Assembly (NCBI GenBank): GCA_965199825.1
Contig: OZ241329.1
Coordinates: 1,568,001-1,632,000, forward strand
DNA length: 64,000 nucleotides
Origin: Bdellovibrionales bacterium
GTDB taxonomy: Bacteria > Bdellovibrionota > Bdellovibrionia > Bdellovibrionales > UBA1609
Direction: 5' to 3'
The notes beneath the pieces are model-generated. The model ran no database searches. It saw nothing but the letters and a program-made list of their open reading frames with translations, and had not been told where the DNA came from. Made by a program: the position numbers and the translations under genes. Shown here piece by piece: positions 1 to 9,211 of this stretch. How positions within the stretch are numbered: the first letter of the stretch is position 1; each line of letters opens with the position of its first letter.

Positions 1-1
1 T

Positions 2-235
2 GATGGCCAAAAATCCGATGCGCTCAAAACTTCAAAATCTGAAAGCTCTTCGCAAGTCAATGTTTCGCCGCGCGCCCAACAAATGCTTAAGGCTAAAGAG
101 ATTGCAAGCGGGGATTCGATCGATGAAGCTAAAGTTCAACGGTTGCAAAAACTAATTGATGATGGAAATTATAAAGTCGACGCCGAAGCGATTGCCGATC
201 GCATGGTCGATACCGCAATGGCTTTTCCGGATTAA
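2..235 (+). CDS. flgM: Anti-sigma-28 factor FlgM (5' truncated by window edge)
   Basis: Own translation of frame 2: ...SQVNVSPRAQQM...IDEAKVQRLQKLIDDGNYKVDAEAIADRM..., the typical FlgM C-terminus; directly upstream of flgN-flgK-flgL. Confidence 0.9.
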   Translation, partial: DGQKSDALKTSKSESSSQVNVSPRAQQMLKAKEIASGDSIDEAKVQRLQKLIDDGNYKVDAEAIADRMVDTAMAFPD

Positions 236-250
236 GGGGACAAATATATA

Positions 251-763
251 ATGCGAGCCGAGCTTGAACCGGTTTATAAAACGCTAAGCGAAATTCTTGA
301 TGAACAAATTCGTGTTTATCGCCATCTTCTCGACATTGTACGCAAAGAAAAAGAAATTCTGATTTCTGCCAATCTTGACGACTTAAATGAAAATAATAAA
401 TCCAAAGAAGCCATGATGCTGAAGGTAAAAGCTCTTGAAACCAGCCGCATTAAAATTGCAAGTGAACTTTCGAGTGGTCTTGGACTTTCGGCAGACCAAC
501 CTCGGTTGCTCGATATGTCTTTACATGTAAGCGCGCCGTACAACGAAAAACTAAGAAATTTTCATGCGGTGTTAGATCTCTTGGTCAAACGGATTCAAGA
601 ATACAACAAACAAAATGAAACTTTGGTGCAATCGGCTTTGAATAATATCACGGGCGCGATGAAAGCGGTTCGAGATACGCTTCAAGAAAAACCAACCTAT
701 CAGCGCAAGGGCGAAATCGCTCCGGGCGCGCCATCAGGGCAGTTGGTCAGTAAGGAAGCCTAA
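251..763 (+). CDS. flgN: Flagellar export chaperone FlgN
   Basis: 170 aa helical protein (LLDIVRKEKEIL, NKQNETLVQSAL, TYQRKG) between flgM and flgK. Confidence 0.85.
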   Translation: MRAELEPVYKTLSEILDEQIRVYRHLLDIVRKEKEILISANLDDLNENNKSKEAMMLKVKALETSRIKIASELSSGLGLSADQPRLLDMSLHVSAPYNEKLRNFHAVLDLLVKRIQEYNKQNETLVQSALNNITGAMKAVRDTLQEKPTYQRKGEIAPGAPSGQLVSKEA

Positions 764-773
764 AAAAATAGGG

Positions 774-788
774 GAGACAGGATGTCTC
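774..788 (+). promoter_or_regulatory. CsrA-type binding hairpin covering the flgK start codon
   Basis: GAGACA-GGA-TGTCTC: perfect 6-bp stem with GGA loop containing ACAGGATGT; the ATG is at 782. Confidence 0.7.
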
Positions 789-2203
789 GCATTTGGTCCA
801 TGATGGACGTAGGCAAACGGTCAATGTCGAATTCTCAAACGGCACTTCAGACTGTGAGCCACAACGTCGCAAATAAATCTACCGAAGGCTTTTCGCGACA
901 ACGCGTTGAACTTCAAACTTCTGAACCTACTGGGTTTGGGGGATTGCGTATTGGTAATGGTGCAAAGCCAGGTGTGATTTCACGAACCAATGATGCCTAT
1001 CTCGAAAAACAAATCGAGCATGAAGGATCAGGTCTTGGATCGATGGAAGCGCGCTCCGACATGCTTGGCCGTGTTGAGCAGGTCTACAACGAGCAAGTCA
1101 ACAAGGGCCTCAATCAGTTTATGGCTCAGTTTTTTAATTCCTACAGAGAGCTTTCAAATAATCCAGAAAGCCTTGCGTCGCGAACGATGGTAAAAGAAAA
1201 CGCTGATTTTTTGGCCAAAGATTTTTCGCGCGTGCACAATCAGCTCACTGATATTCAAAAAGATGCCGACTATCGTCTGACAAAAGACGTGGACACCATC
1301 AATCAATACACCCATGAAATTGCTCAGCTGAATGAAAAAGTTCAGTTGGTCGAAAATCAGGGTGGCCCCGCCAATGACGAGCGCGATCGTCGTGATTTAT
1401 TAATTAAAAAATTAAGCGAAAAAATCAACATTCGCTACGGTGAAAGTAAATCAGGCCAAGTCACAATCACTGCGGGCAACACCGCAATTTTGGTCAGCGG
1501 ATTTTCGAGTCGAGATTTGACCACCGCAAGTACTCCAGCGCGCGAAGGAAAGCGTGAAGGCAGTTTGGACATTATGTACAAACCCTCCGATCATGCCACC
1601 GCCGTCAACATCACCAAACAAATCAATGGTGGAGAAATGGGCGGACTTCTAGAAGTGAGAGATGAAAAAATAAATCATCTTCTCGATGGTCTAGATGAGT
1701 TGGCGTTTGGTTTGAGTAACGAAATCAATAATGTTCATGTCAAAGGCTATGATGCTCAAGGGCGCAACGGGAATTTATTTTTTGAGCAAATTGATAAGAC
1801 CGATGCGGCAAAAAATTTAAAACTCGATGAGACTTTAGCAAACGACGTCGGTCGTATTTCGGCAGCCCAAGTGGCCAATGCCCCTGGTGATAACCGTGTG
1901 GCAAACGAGATCGCAAGCCTTCAGTATAAACAAGTGATGGGCGATCACTCCACATTCGACGAACACTACGCTGCCATTGTTGGTAAAGTGGGAATCGAAG
2001 CCTCGCGTGCGAACTCGGCCAGAGATTCACAAAAAGATATCGTCGGCCAACTTCGAAATTTACGCGAAAGCATCAGTGGCGTGAGTCTCGATGAAGAGAC
2101 AACAAAAATGATTGAGTTTCAAAAAGGTTTTGATGCCTCGGCTCGATTGATCAAAGCGGCCGATGAGATGATGGACACCGTGCTTTCATTAAAAAGGTTA
2201 TAA
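782..2203 (+). CDS. flgK: Flagellar hook-associated protein 1
   Basis: N-terminal TVSHNVAN..TEGFSRQRV and C-terminal ISGVSLDEE..MIEFQ..F.ASARLI motifs. Confidence 0.97.
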   Translation: MSRIWSMMDVGKRSMSNSQTALQTVSHNVANKSTEGFSRQRVELQTSEPTGFGGLRIGNGAKPGVISRTNDAYLEKQIEHEGSGLGSMEARSDMLGRVEQVYNEQVNKGLNQFMAQFFNSYRELSNNPESLASRTMVKENADFLAKDFSRVHNQLTDIQKDADYRLTKDVDTINQYTHEIAQLNEKVQLVENQGGPANDERDRRDLLIKKLSEKINIRYGESKSGQVTITAGNTAILVSGFSSRDLTTASTPAREGKREGSLDIMYKPSDHATAVNITKQINGGEMGGLLEVRDEKINHLLDGLDELAFGLSNEINNVHVKGYDAQGRNGNLFFEQIDKTDAAKNLKLDETLANDVGRISAAQVANAPGDNRVANEIASLQYKQVMGDHSTFDEHYAAIVGKVGIEASRANSARDSQKDIVGQLRNLRESISGVSLDEETTKMIEFQKGFDASARLIKAADEMMDTVLSLKRL

Positions 2204-2207
2204 TTAG

Positions 2208-3137
2208 ATGCGCATTGCAGATAATATGATGTTTGACCAAGTGCGCGGAAACGTATCGCGCAACCGCACCGAGATGTCCGACTTGCAAAATCAAGCGGCG
2301 ACACAAAAACGTGTGACCAAACCCTCAGATGATCCAATCGCAGCCGCCCGTGTGCTGGGCTCTCGAGTGGATCTTGAAGGCAATAAGCAATATTTAAAAA
2401 ATCTCGATTACGCCAAATCATTTTTAGAATTTAGTGATCAGTCGCTTGGTGAATTGACCGATATGTTGGTGCGGGCAAAAGAGCTTGCGATCTATCAGGC
2501 CAACGATGCCGGCGCTAATGAAAAATCGCGGCGTGTGACCGCAGCCGAGATCGACCAAATCTTTAATCAAACGGTGAGTGTTGGAAATCGCAAACTGGGC
2601 GATCGATTTATTTTTGGTGGATTTGTAACCACATCGCCACCTTTCACTTCCGACGGTGAGTATTCAGGCGATGAGGGTGAGATGCTCATCAACACCGACA
2701 AGTCGCAATATATGGCGATGAATATTCCGGGCAATAAAGTTTTTTTTGGTGAGGGGTTGCAAACTCCAACCGGAAAGCCTCAGGAAGAAGGGCAATCGGA
2801 AGGACTCAATATTTTTCAAGCGGTAAGGGGATTATCCATTGCGCTTGAAACGAATGACAAAGCGGGCGTTCAAGATTCGCTCGAGGATCTCGATAGCGCA
2901 ATTTCTCAGGTTGTAACAGCTCGTGCTCAGGTCGGCTCGCGTGTGACCGCTTTAAACAATCTTTTTGAATCGCTACAAAAATCCAAGGTGGACGATCAGG
3001 TGGCAATTTCACAACAGCAGGATGCCGACGTGTTTCAGGTTGTGAGCGATATTAATAAAAATCAGAGTACACTGGAAGCAACTCTTCAGACTTCGGGCAA
3101 GATCATTCAAAAAAGTTTGATGGACTTTTTAAGGTAG
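2208..3137 (+). CDS. flgL: Flagellar hook-associated protein 3
   Basis: MRI start, KRVTKPSDDPIAA, RFIFGG, ends SLMDFLR; follows flgK. Confidence 0.97.
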   Translation: MRIADNMMFDQVRGNVSRNRTEMSDLQNQAATQKRVTKPSDDPIAAARVLGSRVDLEGNKQYLKNLDYAKSFLEFSDQSLGELTDMLVRAKELAIYQANDAGANEKSRRVTAAEIDQIFNQTVSVGNRKLGDRFIFGGFVTTSPPFTSDGEYSGDEGEMLINTDKSQYMAMNIPGNKVFFGEGLQTPTGKPQEEGQSEGLNIFQAVRGLSIALETNDKAGVQDSLEDLDSAISQVVTARAQVGSRVTALNNLFESLQKSKVDDQVAISQQQDADVFQVVSDINKNQSTLEATLQTSGKIIQKSLMDFLR

Positions 3138-3493
3138 TGCAAATTTGATCAAAACTCTGCAACAATTTTTGGTTAAAGGAATTAAATAAATTTAATTTAA
3201 ATAGGGTGAGGGCGGACAGCAGAAATGAACTTGAGATGATGAACAAAGATGCAACAGGCCTCCGCAAAAGCACTCCTAAAGCGGCATCTACCGCCATCTT
3301 AAAAATTTGCAGAACCAACCCTTGAAATAGACCAGCCCTAAACAAAAGAACCAAAGTCTAGAACCTTTCTTGACTTTAGATGAGCGAACACTTTACTACA
3401 GTTTCTGCTAATAAATGCCGTTATCTCTGGTGGGGCGAAGAGAAATGACGGCCTCTACTTAACTTTGACCAGGATGTTGAAGGAGACTCTGAA

Positions 3494-3721
3494 ATGTTGG
3501 TCCTCACACGAAAACTCGGCGAATCTATTGCGATCGATGATCATATCAAAATTCGCGTGGTGCAAATCAAAGGCAAACAAGTTCGACTTGGCATTGAAGC
3601 CCCAAAAGACACAAAAATTCATCGCGAAGAAGTTTACGCTGCAATTCAAAACCAAAACGAGGAATCTTCGACCACATCGTCGGATAGCACTCGCGCTGTA
3701 GCCAAACTGCTTAAAAAGTAA
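3494..3721 (+). CDS. csrA: Carbon storage regulator CsrA
   Basis: MLVLTRKLGESIAI...VRLGIEAPK...IHREEVY; RBS AAGGAG upstream. Confidence 0.98.
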   Translation: MLVLTRKLGESIAIDDHIKIRVVQIKGKQVRLGIEAPKDTKIHREEVYAAIQNQNEESSTTSSDSTRAVAKLLKK

Positions 3722-3798
3722 ATCACAATCCTGTCATTTTTGACTTGTCGTTTGATCGTATTGGTATCATCCTTTTTACTAGAGGGGGGCAACGTTCG

Positions 3799-4335
3799 AT
3801 GAAAATTCAGACAACTCGATTTGGCGTTGTCGCCATCAGCCAAGATGACATAATTGAATTTCGCGAAGGACTTTTGGGTTTTAATACTCTTAAGAATTTT
3901 GTTTTGCTCGATGACCCAAACGACGAGATCTTCGTCTGGCTCCAAAGCTGCGAAGAGCCTGCTATTGCGTTTCCAGTTTTAGAACCCGAGCTTTTTCAGC
4001 AAGACTTCAAAGTTTCACTCACAAAACACGATCTCGATTCGCTCAGACTGACATCAAATACTGGCGCTCGATTTTTTTGCATCATCACTATTCCCGATGA
4101 CCCCACTCAAATGACCGCAAACTTGAAGGCTCCCGTGGTGATCAATGTGATTGCCCGCATGGCAAGGCAATGTGTGCTCCAAGAAAATCATCTGGCCATA
4201 CGTGAGCCCATTTTTAATTTGCTCCAACAACGAGTGGTCCAAAATCCAACCCAGACCATCAAAGTGTCTTCGGCTGGTCTAGGTGTAAAAGTTCAAACAC
4301 CCGAACACAAAAAAGGTCCCGAAGCCGAAGCCTAA
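3799..4335 (+). CDS. fliW: Flagellar assembly factor FliW (CsrA antagonist)
   Basis: MKIQTTRFG, FREGLLGF, WLQS, MTANLKAPVVIN; start moved to ATG 3799 behind a G-rich RBS. Confidence 0.95.
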   Translation: MKIQTTRFGVVAISQDDIIEFREGLLGFNTLKNFVLLDDPNDEIFVWLQSCEEPAIAFPVLEPELFQQDFKVSLTKHDLDSLRLTSNTGARFFCIITIPDDPTQMTANLKAPVVINVIARMARQCVLQENHLAIREPIFNLLQQRVVQNPTQTIKVSSAGLGVKVQTPEHKKGPEAEA

Positions 4336-4378
4336 AGCTTGCCCTCTTAAAGCCCGATAAAATTAAAGCCAGGATGGC
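4333..4378 (+). promoter_or_regulatory. Sigma-28-like promoter followed by a CsrA-type GGA hairpin
   Basis: TAAA(4333)-N15/16-(G)CCCGATAA, then GCCA-GGA-TGGC at 4368-4378. Confidence 0.55.
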
Positions 4379-4416
4379 CTATTTTCACAGTAAGTGATTT
4401 TTTAAAAGGTCGGGCT

Positions 4417-4815
4417 ATGATTTTTATTTTACTTTTCAATATGGCATTTGCAGACATTGCAATTTTTGATTCCAAACGACCCATCAGCCTTTCTAATAGC
4501 GAAAAAACCGAACGCGACTATTACCTTGATGGTGGCATTGAGAAGGGTTTAAAAAATGGACAAATCGTCACCGTCAATCGACGCCTTACTGTTTATGATT
4601 CTCTTTTAAACCGCTCGCTGGGTGAGATGCTTGTGCCTGTGGCAAAACTTAAAATCGTTTTGGCCCAAAGAGGTCTAAGTGTTGCCCATTTCTATGAGCC
4701 CGCAAAGAGCTCGGTGAGCCTCGAAGATAATTTTGTGATGATTGGCGATCGACTCGATCTTACAACCGCTGAGGTTGAACTCGAAAAACCAGTGACGCCC
4801 CCTTCTGCCGAATAG
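4417..4815 (+). CDS. Secreted protein resembling the FlgT C-terminal domain
   Basis: Signal-peptide-like N-terminus; YYLDGGIEKGLKNGQIVTV...SLGEMLVPVAKLKIV pattern recalls FlgT_C-type beta domains (by eye only). Confidence 0.5.
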   Translation: MIFILLFNMAFADIAIFDSKRPISLSNSEKTERDYYLDGGIEKGLKNGQIVTVNRRLTVYDSLLNRSLGEMLVPVAKLKIVLAQRGLSVAHFYEPAKSSVSLEDNFVMIGDRLDLTTAEVELEKPVTPPSAE

Positions 4816-4829
4816 TACAACCCCATGCT

Positions 4830-5687
4830 ATGTATTTTGTTGTTCATGTTAAAGACTGGCCACGCGAATTAGAAGAATGGTTGATTGAGCGGGCCTTTGA
4901 CCGCGGTTGCGCAGGAATGAGCGAAAAGCTCGATTTCGTGCAGCTTGATTACGAAGCCGCAGCCGAAGAGCGCGTGAGCGATCCATACAATCTCGAAATT
5001 TATTTTACCACGCCAGTACCTTCATATTTTAACGAAGAGCTTTTGGCAAAATCAAACCAAGCCTCGGTTGTGATCACTTCGGAAGATGAAAAAGACTGGA
5101 TCGAAGAGTGGAAAAAAGGTTACGAGCCGTTTGAAATCGTCAAAGATATTTTTATTGTTCCCCGTTGGCGTGAAGCTCCAGAAAATGCCGAAAAAATTAT
5201 TTTGCTTGAGCCCGGGATGGCGTTTGGTACGGGCACTCACGAGACCACACAGCTGACCGCTCAGTTGATTCCTCGAATCAGTGACCAGACCGCTCTCGAT
5301 GTGGGAACGGGCACCGGAATTTTAGCCATGATTTGTGAGCGTTTGGGTTACAAAAATATTGTGGCTATCGATAGTGATCAAGAAGCGGTTCGGGTGGCGA
5401 GAGAAAATATTGCGATCAATTCCACCGAGCAAATTACGGTTCCTGAACTTTCTCTCAAACAAGTTCAAGGCCAATTTGATGTGGTGATTGCCAATATTGT
5501 TGATCATGTGCTGATCAAAATTGTTGATGATCTTTTTGAGCGACTCAATCCCAAAGGCTATGTGGTTCTCGGTGGGATTATGATCGAACATCTTGACGAT
5601 GTTTTAAAAGCTTTACCCCAATCGAATCTCAAAGTTGAACAACGCATTGGCAAAGAGTGGTGCAGTCTGCTTTGCCAGCTGACTTAA
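4830..5687 (+). CDS. prmA: Ribosomal protein L11 methyltransferase
   Basis: DWIEEWKK, LEPGMAFGTGTHETT, LDVGTGTGILA, DVVIANI. Confidence 0.97.
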   Translation: MYFVVHVKDWPRELEEWLIERAFDRGCAGMSEKLDFVQLDYEAAAEERVSDPYNLEIYFTTPVPSYFNEELLAKSNQASVVITSEDEKDWIEEWKKGYEPFEIVKDIFIVPRWREAPENAEKIILLEPGMAFGTGTHETTQLTAQLIPRISDQTALDVGTGTGILAMICERLGYKNIVAIDSDQEAVRVARENIAINSTEQITVPELSLKQVQGQFDVVIANIVDHVLIKIVDDLFERLNPKGYVVLGGIMIEHLDDVLKALPQSNLKVEQRIGKEWCSLLCQLT

Positions 5688-5689
5688 AA

Positions 5690-6433
5690 ATGCGCCGGTT
5701 TTTTGTTGAACCCGATTTTATTTTTTCAGATCATGTGGCAATCGAAGGCGACGACTTTCATCACATCATTGGCGTTTGCCGAATGGAAACGGGCGCCCAT
5801 TTTGAAATCTTAACGAGCGAGCGCCGAGTTTTTTTTGTTGAACTCACAAAGATCGAAAAAAAGCGAGCCGATGCGACGATCTTAGAGACTCGAGTTTTGA
5901 AACCTCTCCCACTCCCACATCTTCATTTGGTTTTAAGTTTACCGCGACCCCAAAAACTCGATGCGATCGTTGAAAAATCGGTGGAGCTTGGGCTTCATAC
6001 CCTTCATTTGATGACATCGGATTATAGTTTTTTTCGCAAAGCCTCGGACTTTTCTGAGCATCGATTTGAGCGATTAAAAAAAATCGAAAAATCGGCTCGA
6101 CAACAAACTGCGCGAGGCGAACCAATGCTCATTACCGCAGTCAAAAATTTAGATCAGATCTTTGATGAATTCAAAAAATCTCAAGCCCAAGGGGTATTTG
6201 CTTACGAAGGCCAAAATGCGAGTGCAATGGCTGAACATTTTGCGAGTCTTCAGGCGCCAACTGAAATTTGGGCATTTGTGGGAAGCGAAGGCGGTTTTTC
6301 AGATCAGGAGGTTTTAAGGTTTAAAGATCAAAATCTAAAGCCGCTCACCATGGGCGAGCAGATCTTGCGAGTTGAAACGGCTTGCGTGGCTCTGATCAGC
6401 GTCATAAAGTATCATTTTCATGCTGGATTTTAA
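5690..6433 (+). CDS. rsmE: 16S rRNA m3U1498 methyltransferase
   Basis: MRRFFV, HHIIGVCRM, EKSVELG, VGSEGGFSDQE, GEQILRVETA. Confidence 0.97.
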   Translation: MRRFFVEPDFIFSDHVAIEGDDFHHIIGVCRMETGAHFEILTSERRVFFVELTKIEKKRADATILETRVLKPLPLPHLHLVLSLPRPQKLDAIVEKSVELGLHTLHLMTSDYSFFRKASDFSEHRFERLKKIEKSARQQTARGEPMLITAVKNLDQIFDEFKKSQAQGVFAYEGQNASAMAEHFASLQAPTEIWAFVGSEGGFSDQEVLRFKDQNLKPLTMGEQILRVETACVALISVIKYHFHAGF

Positions 6434-6446
6434 TTCAGGAGGAACA

Positions 6447-7259
6447 ATGGATTCGTCAGACGATTTTGAATTTAAGCCTTTGACCGAAGGTTTGGGTTTT
6501 CACAAAAAGACCGCCAAGCTTTCTACCGAAACAAAACCACAAACTCAGCCCAATGTTCAAACTCTTGAGCAACTTCTCAAAACTCTTGAAAAGCCGGTCT
6601 CTTCCTCAAACGTGCAGATGACTCAACCTTTGCCGCGCAATGAACAAAAAGCATTTGGCTTGCCCGATCTGGATCTCGATGCGGTGGCTCCAACAAAGTC
6701 CGCCAGAGGAAGCTTTGATATTCCTCAGCCCGGCTCTGAGGTTCATCCCTCTTATAAAAAGAAGGCCACAGCTGAAGCCCCCGCTCTCAAACGAAGTGCG
6801 CCGAACTCTCCGCCCCCACGTCTTTCGCCTGCGACCACAAGTGTTCAAGCTTCAATTTTAGATGCGATCGTGATCAGTGCGGTGACTTTACTCTTTTTGG
6901 TCAGCCTTATTCTTGTGACAAAAATTGATGTGCTCTCGGTGATTGGTTCTGCCAAGACCGATTTGACCACACAGCTCAGTATGGTGCTGTTGTTTGTGGC
7001 GGTGATGCAGATGTATGTGGTGGTCTCACGAAGTTTTTTTGGACGCACTCTTGGCGAATGGACTTTTGAATATCAGTTGGGTCAAGACGGAGATCATCAA
7101 AAATCCCTTTATCCTTTAAAGGTGATGGCGCGAAGTCTACTGATTTTGTTTACAGGATTTTTGGTATTTCCAATTTTATCTTGGATCATGGGTCGCGATC
7201 TCGCTGGCGAAATCACTGGGGTAAAACTGTATCAACAAAAGCTCGAGCCCCTTGTCTAA
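6447..7259 (+). CDS. RDD-family membrane protein with a long low-complexity N-terminus
   Basis: AGGAGG RBS before ATG 6447; C-terminal TM segments with ASILDA, GRTLGEW, R-x-L patterns. Confidence 0.7.
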   Translation: MDSSDDFEFKPLTEGLGFHKKTAKLSTETKPQTQPNVQTLEQLLKTLEKPVSSSNVQMTQPLPRNEQKAFGLPDLDLDAVAPTKSARGSFDIPQPGSEVHPSYKKKATAEAPALKRSAPNSPPPRLSPATTSVQASILDAIVISAVTLLFLVSLILVTKIDVLSVIGSAKTDLTTQLSMVLLFVAVMQMYVVVSRSFFGRTLGEWTFEYQLGQDGDHQKSLYPLKVMARSLLILFTGFLVFPILSWIMGRDLAGEITGVKLYQQKLEPLV

Positions 7260-7719
7260 AATTATTTTGGATGGCCTTGATCAGGCCATCGCAAAAATTC
7301 GTGCAAACAAAAAAATAGTTTTTACTAATGGCTGTTTTGATCTGCTGCATGTGGGACACATTCGCTATCTTCAAGAAGCTCGAGGCCTTGGAGATATCCT
7401 TGTGGTCGGACTCAATAGCGACTCGAGTGTGCGGAAGCTAAAAGGTTTATCGCGGCCAGTTCAAACCGAAGCGGATCGCGCAGAAATTCTATCTGCGCTG
7501 GCCTGTGTGGACTACGTCACCATTTTTACCGAAGAAACCCCTTTGAATTTGATCACAAAACTAATGCCCGATGTTTTAGTCAAAGGCGGAGATTGGCCCA
7601 TCGAAAAAATCGTGGGCAGTGATCTGGTATTGTCTCGGGGAGGGCACGTTGAGTCTCTTCAGTTTCATAAGGGAAGATCAACATCCTCACTGATTGAGAA
7701 GATTTTAAAGACGACTTAA
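7252..7719 (+). CDS. rfaE2: D-glycero-beta-D-manno-heptose 1-phosphate adenylyltransferase (RfaE domain II/HldC)
   Basis: [42 protein letters not shown]. Confidence 0.95.
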   Translation: MSKIILDGLDQAIAKIRANKKIVFTNGCFDLLHVGHIRYLQEARGLGDILVVGLNSDSSVRKLKGLSRPVQTEADRAEILSALACVDYVTIFTEETPLNLITKLMPDVLVKGGDWPIEKIVGSDLVLSRGGHVESLQFHKGRSTSSLIEKILKTT

Positions 7720-7770
7720 GGTTGTTTGTGAGTTTTTTAGGGCGTGTTACAGGTTTCTTGAGAGCCTCAT

Positions 7771-7853
7771 GTGGGCACGACTTGTTTGAGTGGGCACGAC
7801 TTGTTTGAGCGGGCACGACTTGTTTGAGCGGGCACGACTTGTTTGAGCGAGCA
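7771..7853 (+). repeat. Tandem array of 19-nt units G(T/C)GGGCACGACTTGTTTGA, 4 copies plus a degenerate fifth
   Basis: Units start at 7771, 7790, 7809 and 7828; degenerate GCGAGCAC at 7847. Confidence 0.97.
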
Positions 7854-7862
7854 CCTCGATAT

Positions 7863-8073
7863 CTCCGGCGGTGTTAAAATTAAGGTTAATTTTAAATCAG
7901 CGGGCACGATCAGACAGTATAATTAATTAAGAAATTTCCTGACACCTTGGCGGTGTCGTTCATTCAAGCGGGCACGAAAAAGACTTATCATTGGACGAAT
8001 TTATTTTCGGCGGCCTTAAATTGGAAACACGAAACAATTCAATCAATAAAGTTCTGAACACCTTCGGAGGTTT
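7863..8073. repeat. Dispersed GCGGGCACGA cores alternating with REP-like palindromes
   Basis: GCGGGCACGA at 7900 and 7968; palindromes CTCCGGCGGTGTT (7863), GACACC-TTGGC-GGTGTC (7941-7957) and CTGAACACCTTCGGAGGTTT (8054-8073). Confidence 0.8.
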
Positions 8074-8077
8074 AGCT

Positions 8078-8485
8078 GCGGGCACGATCTTTTAGCGGGC
8101 ACGATCTTTTAGCGGGCACGATCTTTTAGCGGGCACGATCTTCTAGCGGGCACGATCTTCTAGCGGGCACGATCTTCTAGCGGGCACGATCTTCTAGCGG
8201 GCACGATCTTTTAGCGGGCACGATCTTTTAGCGGGCACGATCTGCAAGCGGGCACGATCTGCAAGCGGGCACGATCTGCAAGCGGGCACGATCTGCAAGC
8301 GGGCACGATCTGCAAGCGGGCACGATCTGCAAGCGGGCACGATCTGCAAGCGGGCACGATCTGCAAGCGGGCACGATCTGCAAGCGGGCACGATCTGCAA
8401 GCGGGCACGATCTGCAAGCGGGCACGATCTGCAAGCGGGCACGATCTGCAAGCGGGCACGATCTGCAAGCGGGCACGATCTGCAA
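8078..8485 (+). repeat. Tandem array of 24 x 17-nt units GCGGGCACGATCT-NNNA
   Basis: Blocks after the GCGGGCACGA core: 3x TCTTTTA, 4x TCTTCTA, 2x TCTTTTA, 15x TCTGCAA. Confidence 0.98.
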
Positions 8486-8564
8486 GTACCTTCGTTCGCA
8501 CTTCATCCCGGTCGGCTAATATGGTTTAACCTTTTAAAATCGACCTAAAAAATGCGACTTTAAT

Positions 8565-8647
8565 TTGGCTTGCGGCGGAAAAGTCCAATTCTTACAATTT
8601 CATAAAGGCAATCACCGCTGGCTCAAAAGATTCTTGAGATCCCATAG
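8565..8647 (+). pseudogene. Frameshifted remnant of an rfaE2-like 3' end
   Basis: LACGGKVQFLQFHKG / SPLAQKILEIP* aligns to rfaE2 C-terminus [29 protein letters not shown] with a 7-nt deletion. Confidence 0.75.
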
Positions 8648-8680
8648 AGCCTTGGAGTTCGTTTTGCAGTGTTTGCTCCA

Positions 8681-9211
8681 ATGCGAATTTTTTTTCTTAC
8701 TTCATTCCTATTCACCGCTTGCGCCTGGGGAGATCCCTTTGCTGCAGGCCAAACTCTGAAGCGAGAACCTGTCTCTCAACTTGAAGAGATTGACGGAGTT
8801 TGGAACGAAATGGGGATCGCTTGCGTAAATATAACCACTGGAAAAATATTAAAGTTTGTCGATACGCGGGGGCCGTCGAATAAATTCACGGTGGACACGC
8901 AGTCCCACCAATTTTTCGAAAGCCGAAGTACGACAGGATGGGAAGACAACCAACGAACCACACCCTTCACAGGTAACGGAATTTTTGAGGTTCACAATTC
9001 AAAAATCGCAATCCTTTATCTGACCCCTTGGTGTGCCTTGCCCAATCCCGCAATGTGCGGACAGTATTATGAGAAAAAGCCGATCGAACTTTTTTGGATC
9101 AATCGAGAGTGGCTTGGCCTTCAAAAGCAAAAGGGTCTGCCTTATTTTCGGTGTAATCAGTTTCCTGATGCTGGTGCTTTAATTTTATACTCAAGAAATC
9201 AGGTCAGCTAA
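8681..9211 (+). CDS. Hypothetical secreted protein
   Basis: MRIFFLTSFLFTACAWG signal-like N-terminus, several Cys; no family recognised. Confidence 0.65.
   Translation: MRIFFLTSFLFTACAWGDPFAAGQTLKREPVSQLEEIDGVWNEMGIACVNITTGKILKFVDTRGPSNKFTVDTQSHQFFESRSTTGWEDNQRTTPFTGNGIFEVHNSKIAILYLTPWCALPNPAMCGQYYEKKPIELFWINREWLGLQKQKGLPYFRCNQFPDAGALILYSRNQVS

Noticed and set aside
7771..8485. CRISPR array
   Set aside because: The constant part is only 10-13 nt, the linkers are 7-9 nt and repeat in blocks instead of being unique, and no cas genes are in the window.
8194..8506. Three repetitive minus-strand ORFs (LQIVPACRSCPLADRAR)n
   Set aside because: They arise because the 17-nt unit lacks stop codons; all three frames give the same peptide and there is no RBS.
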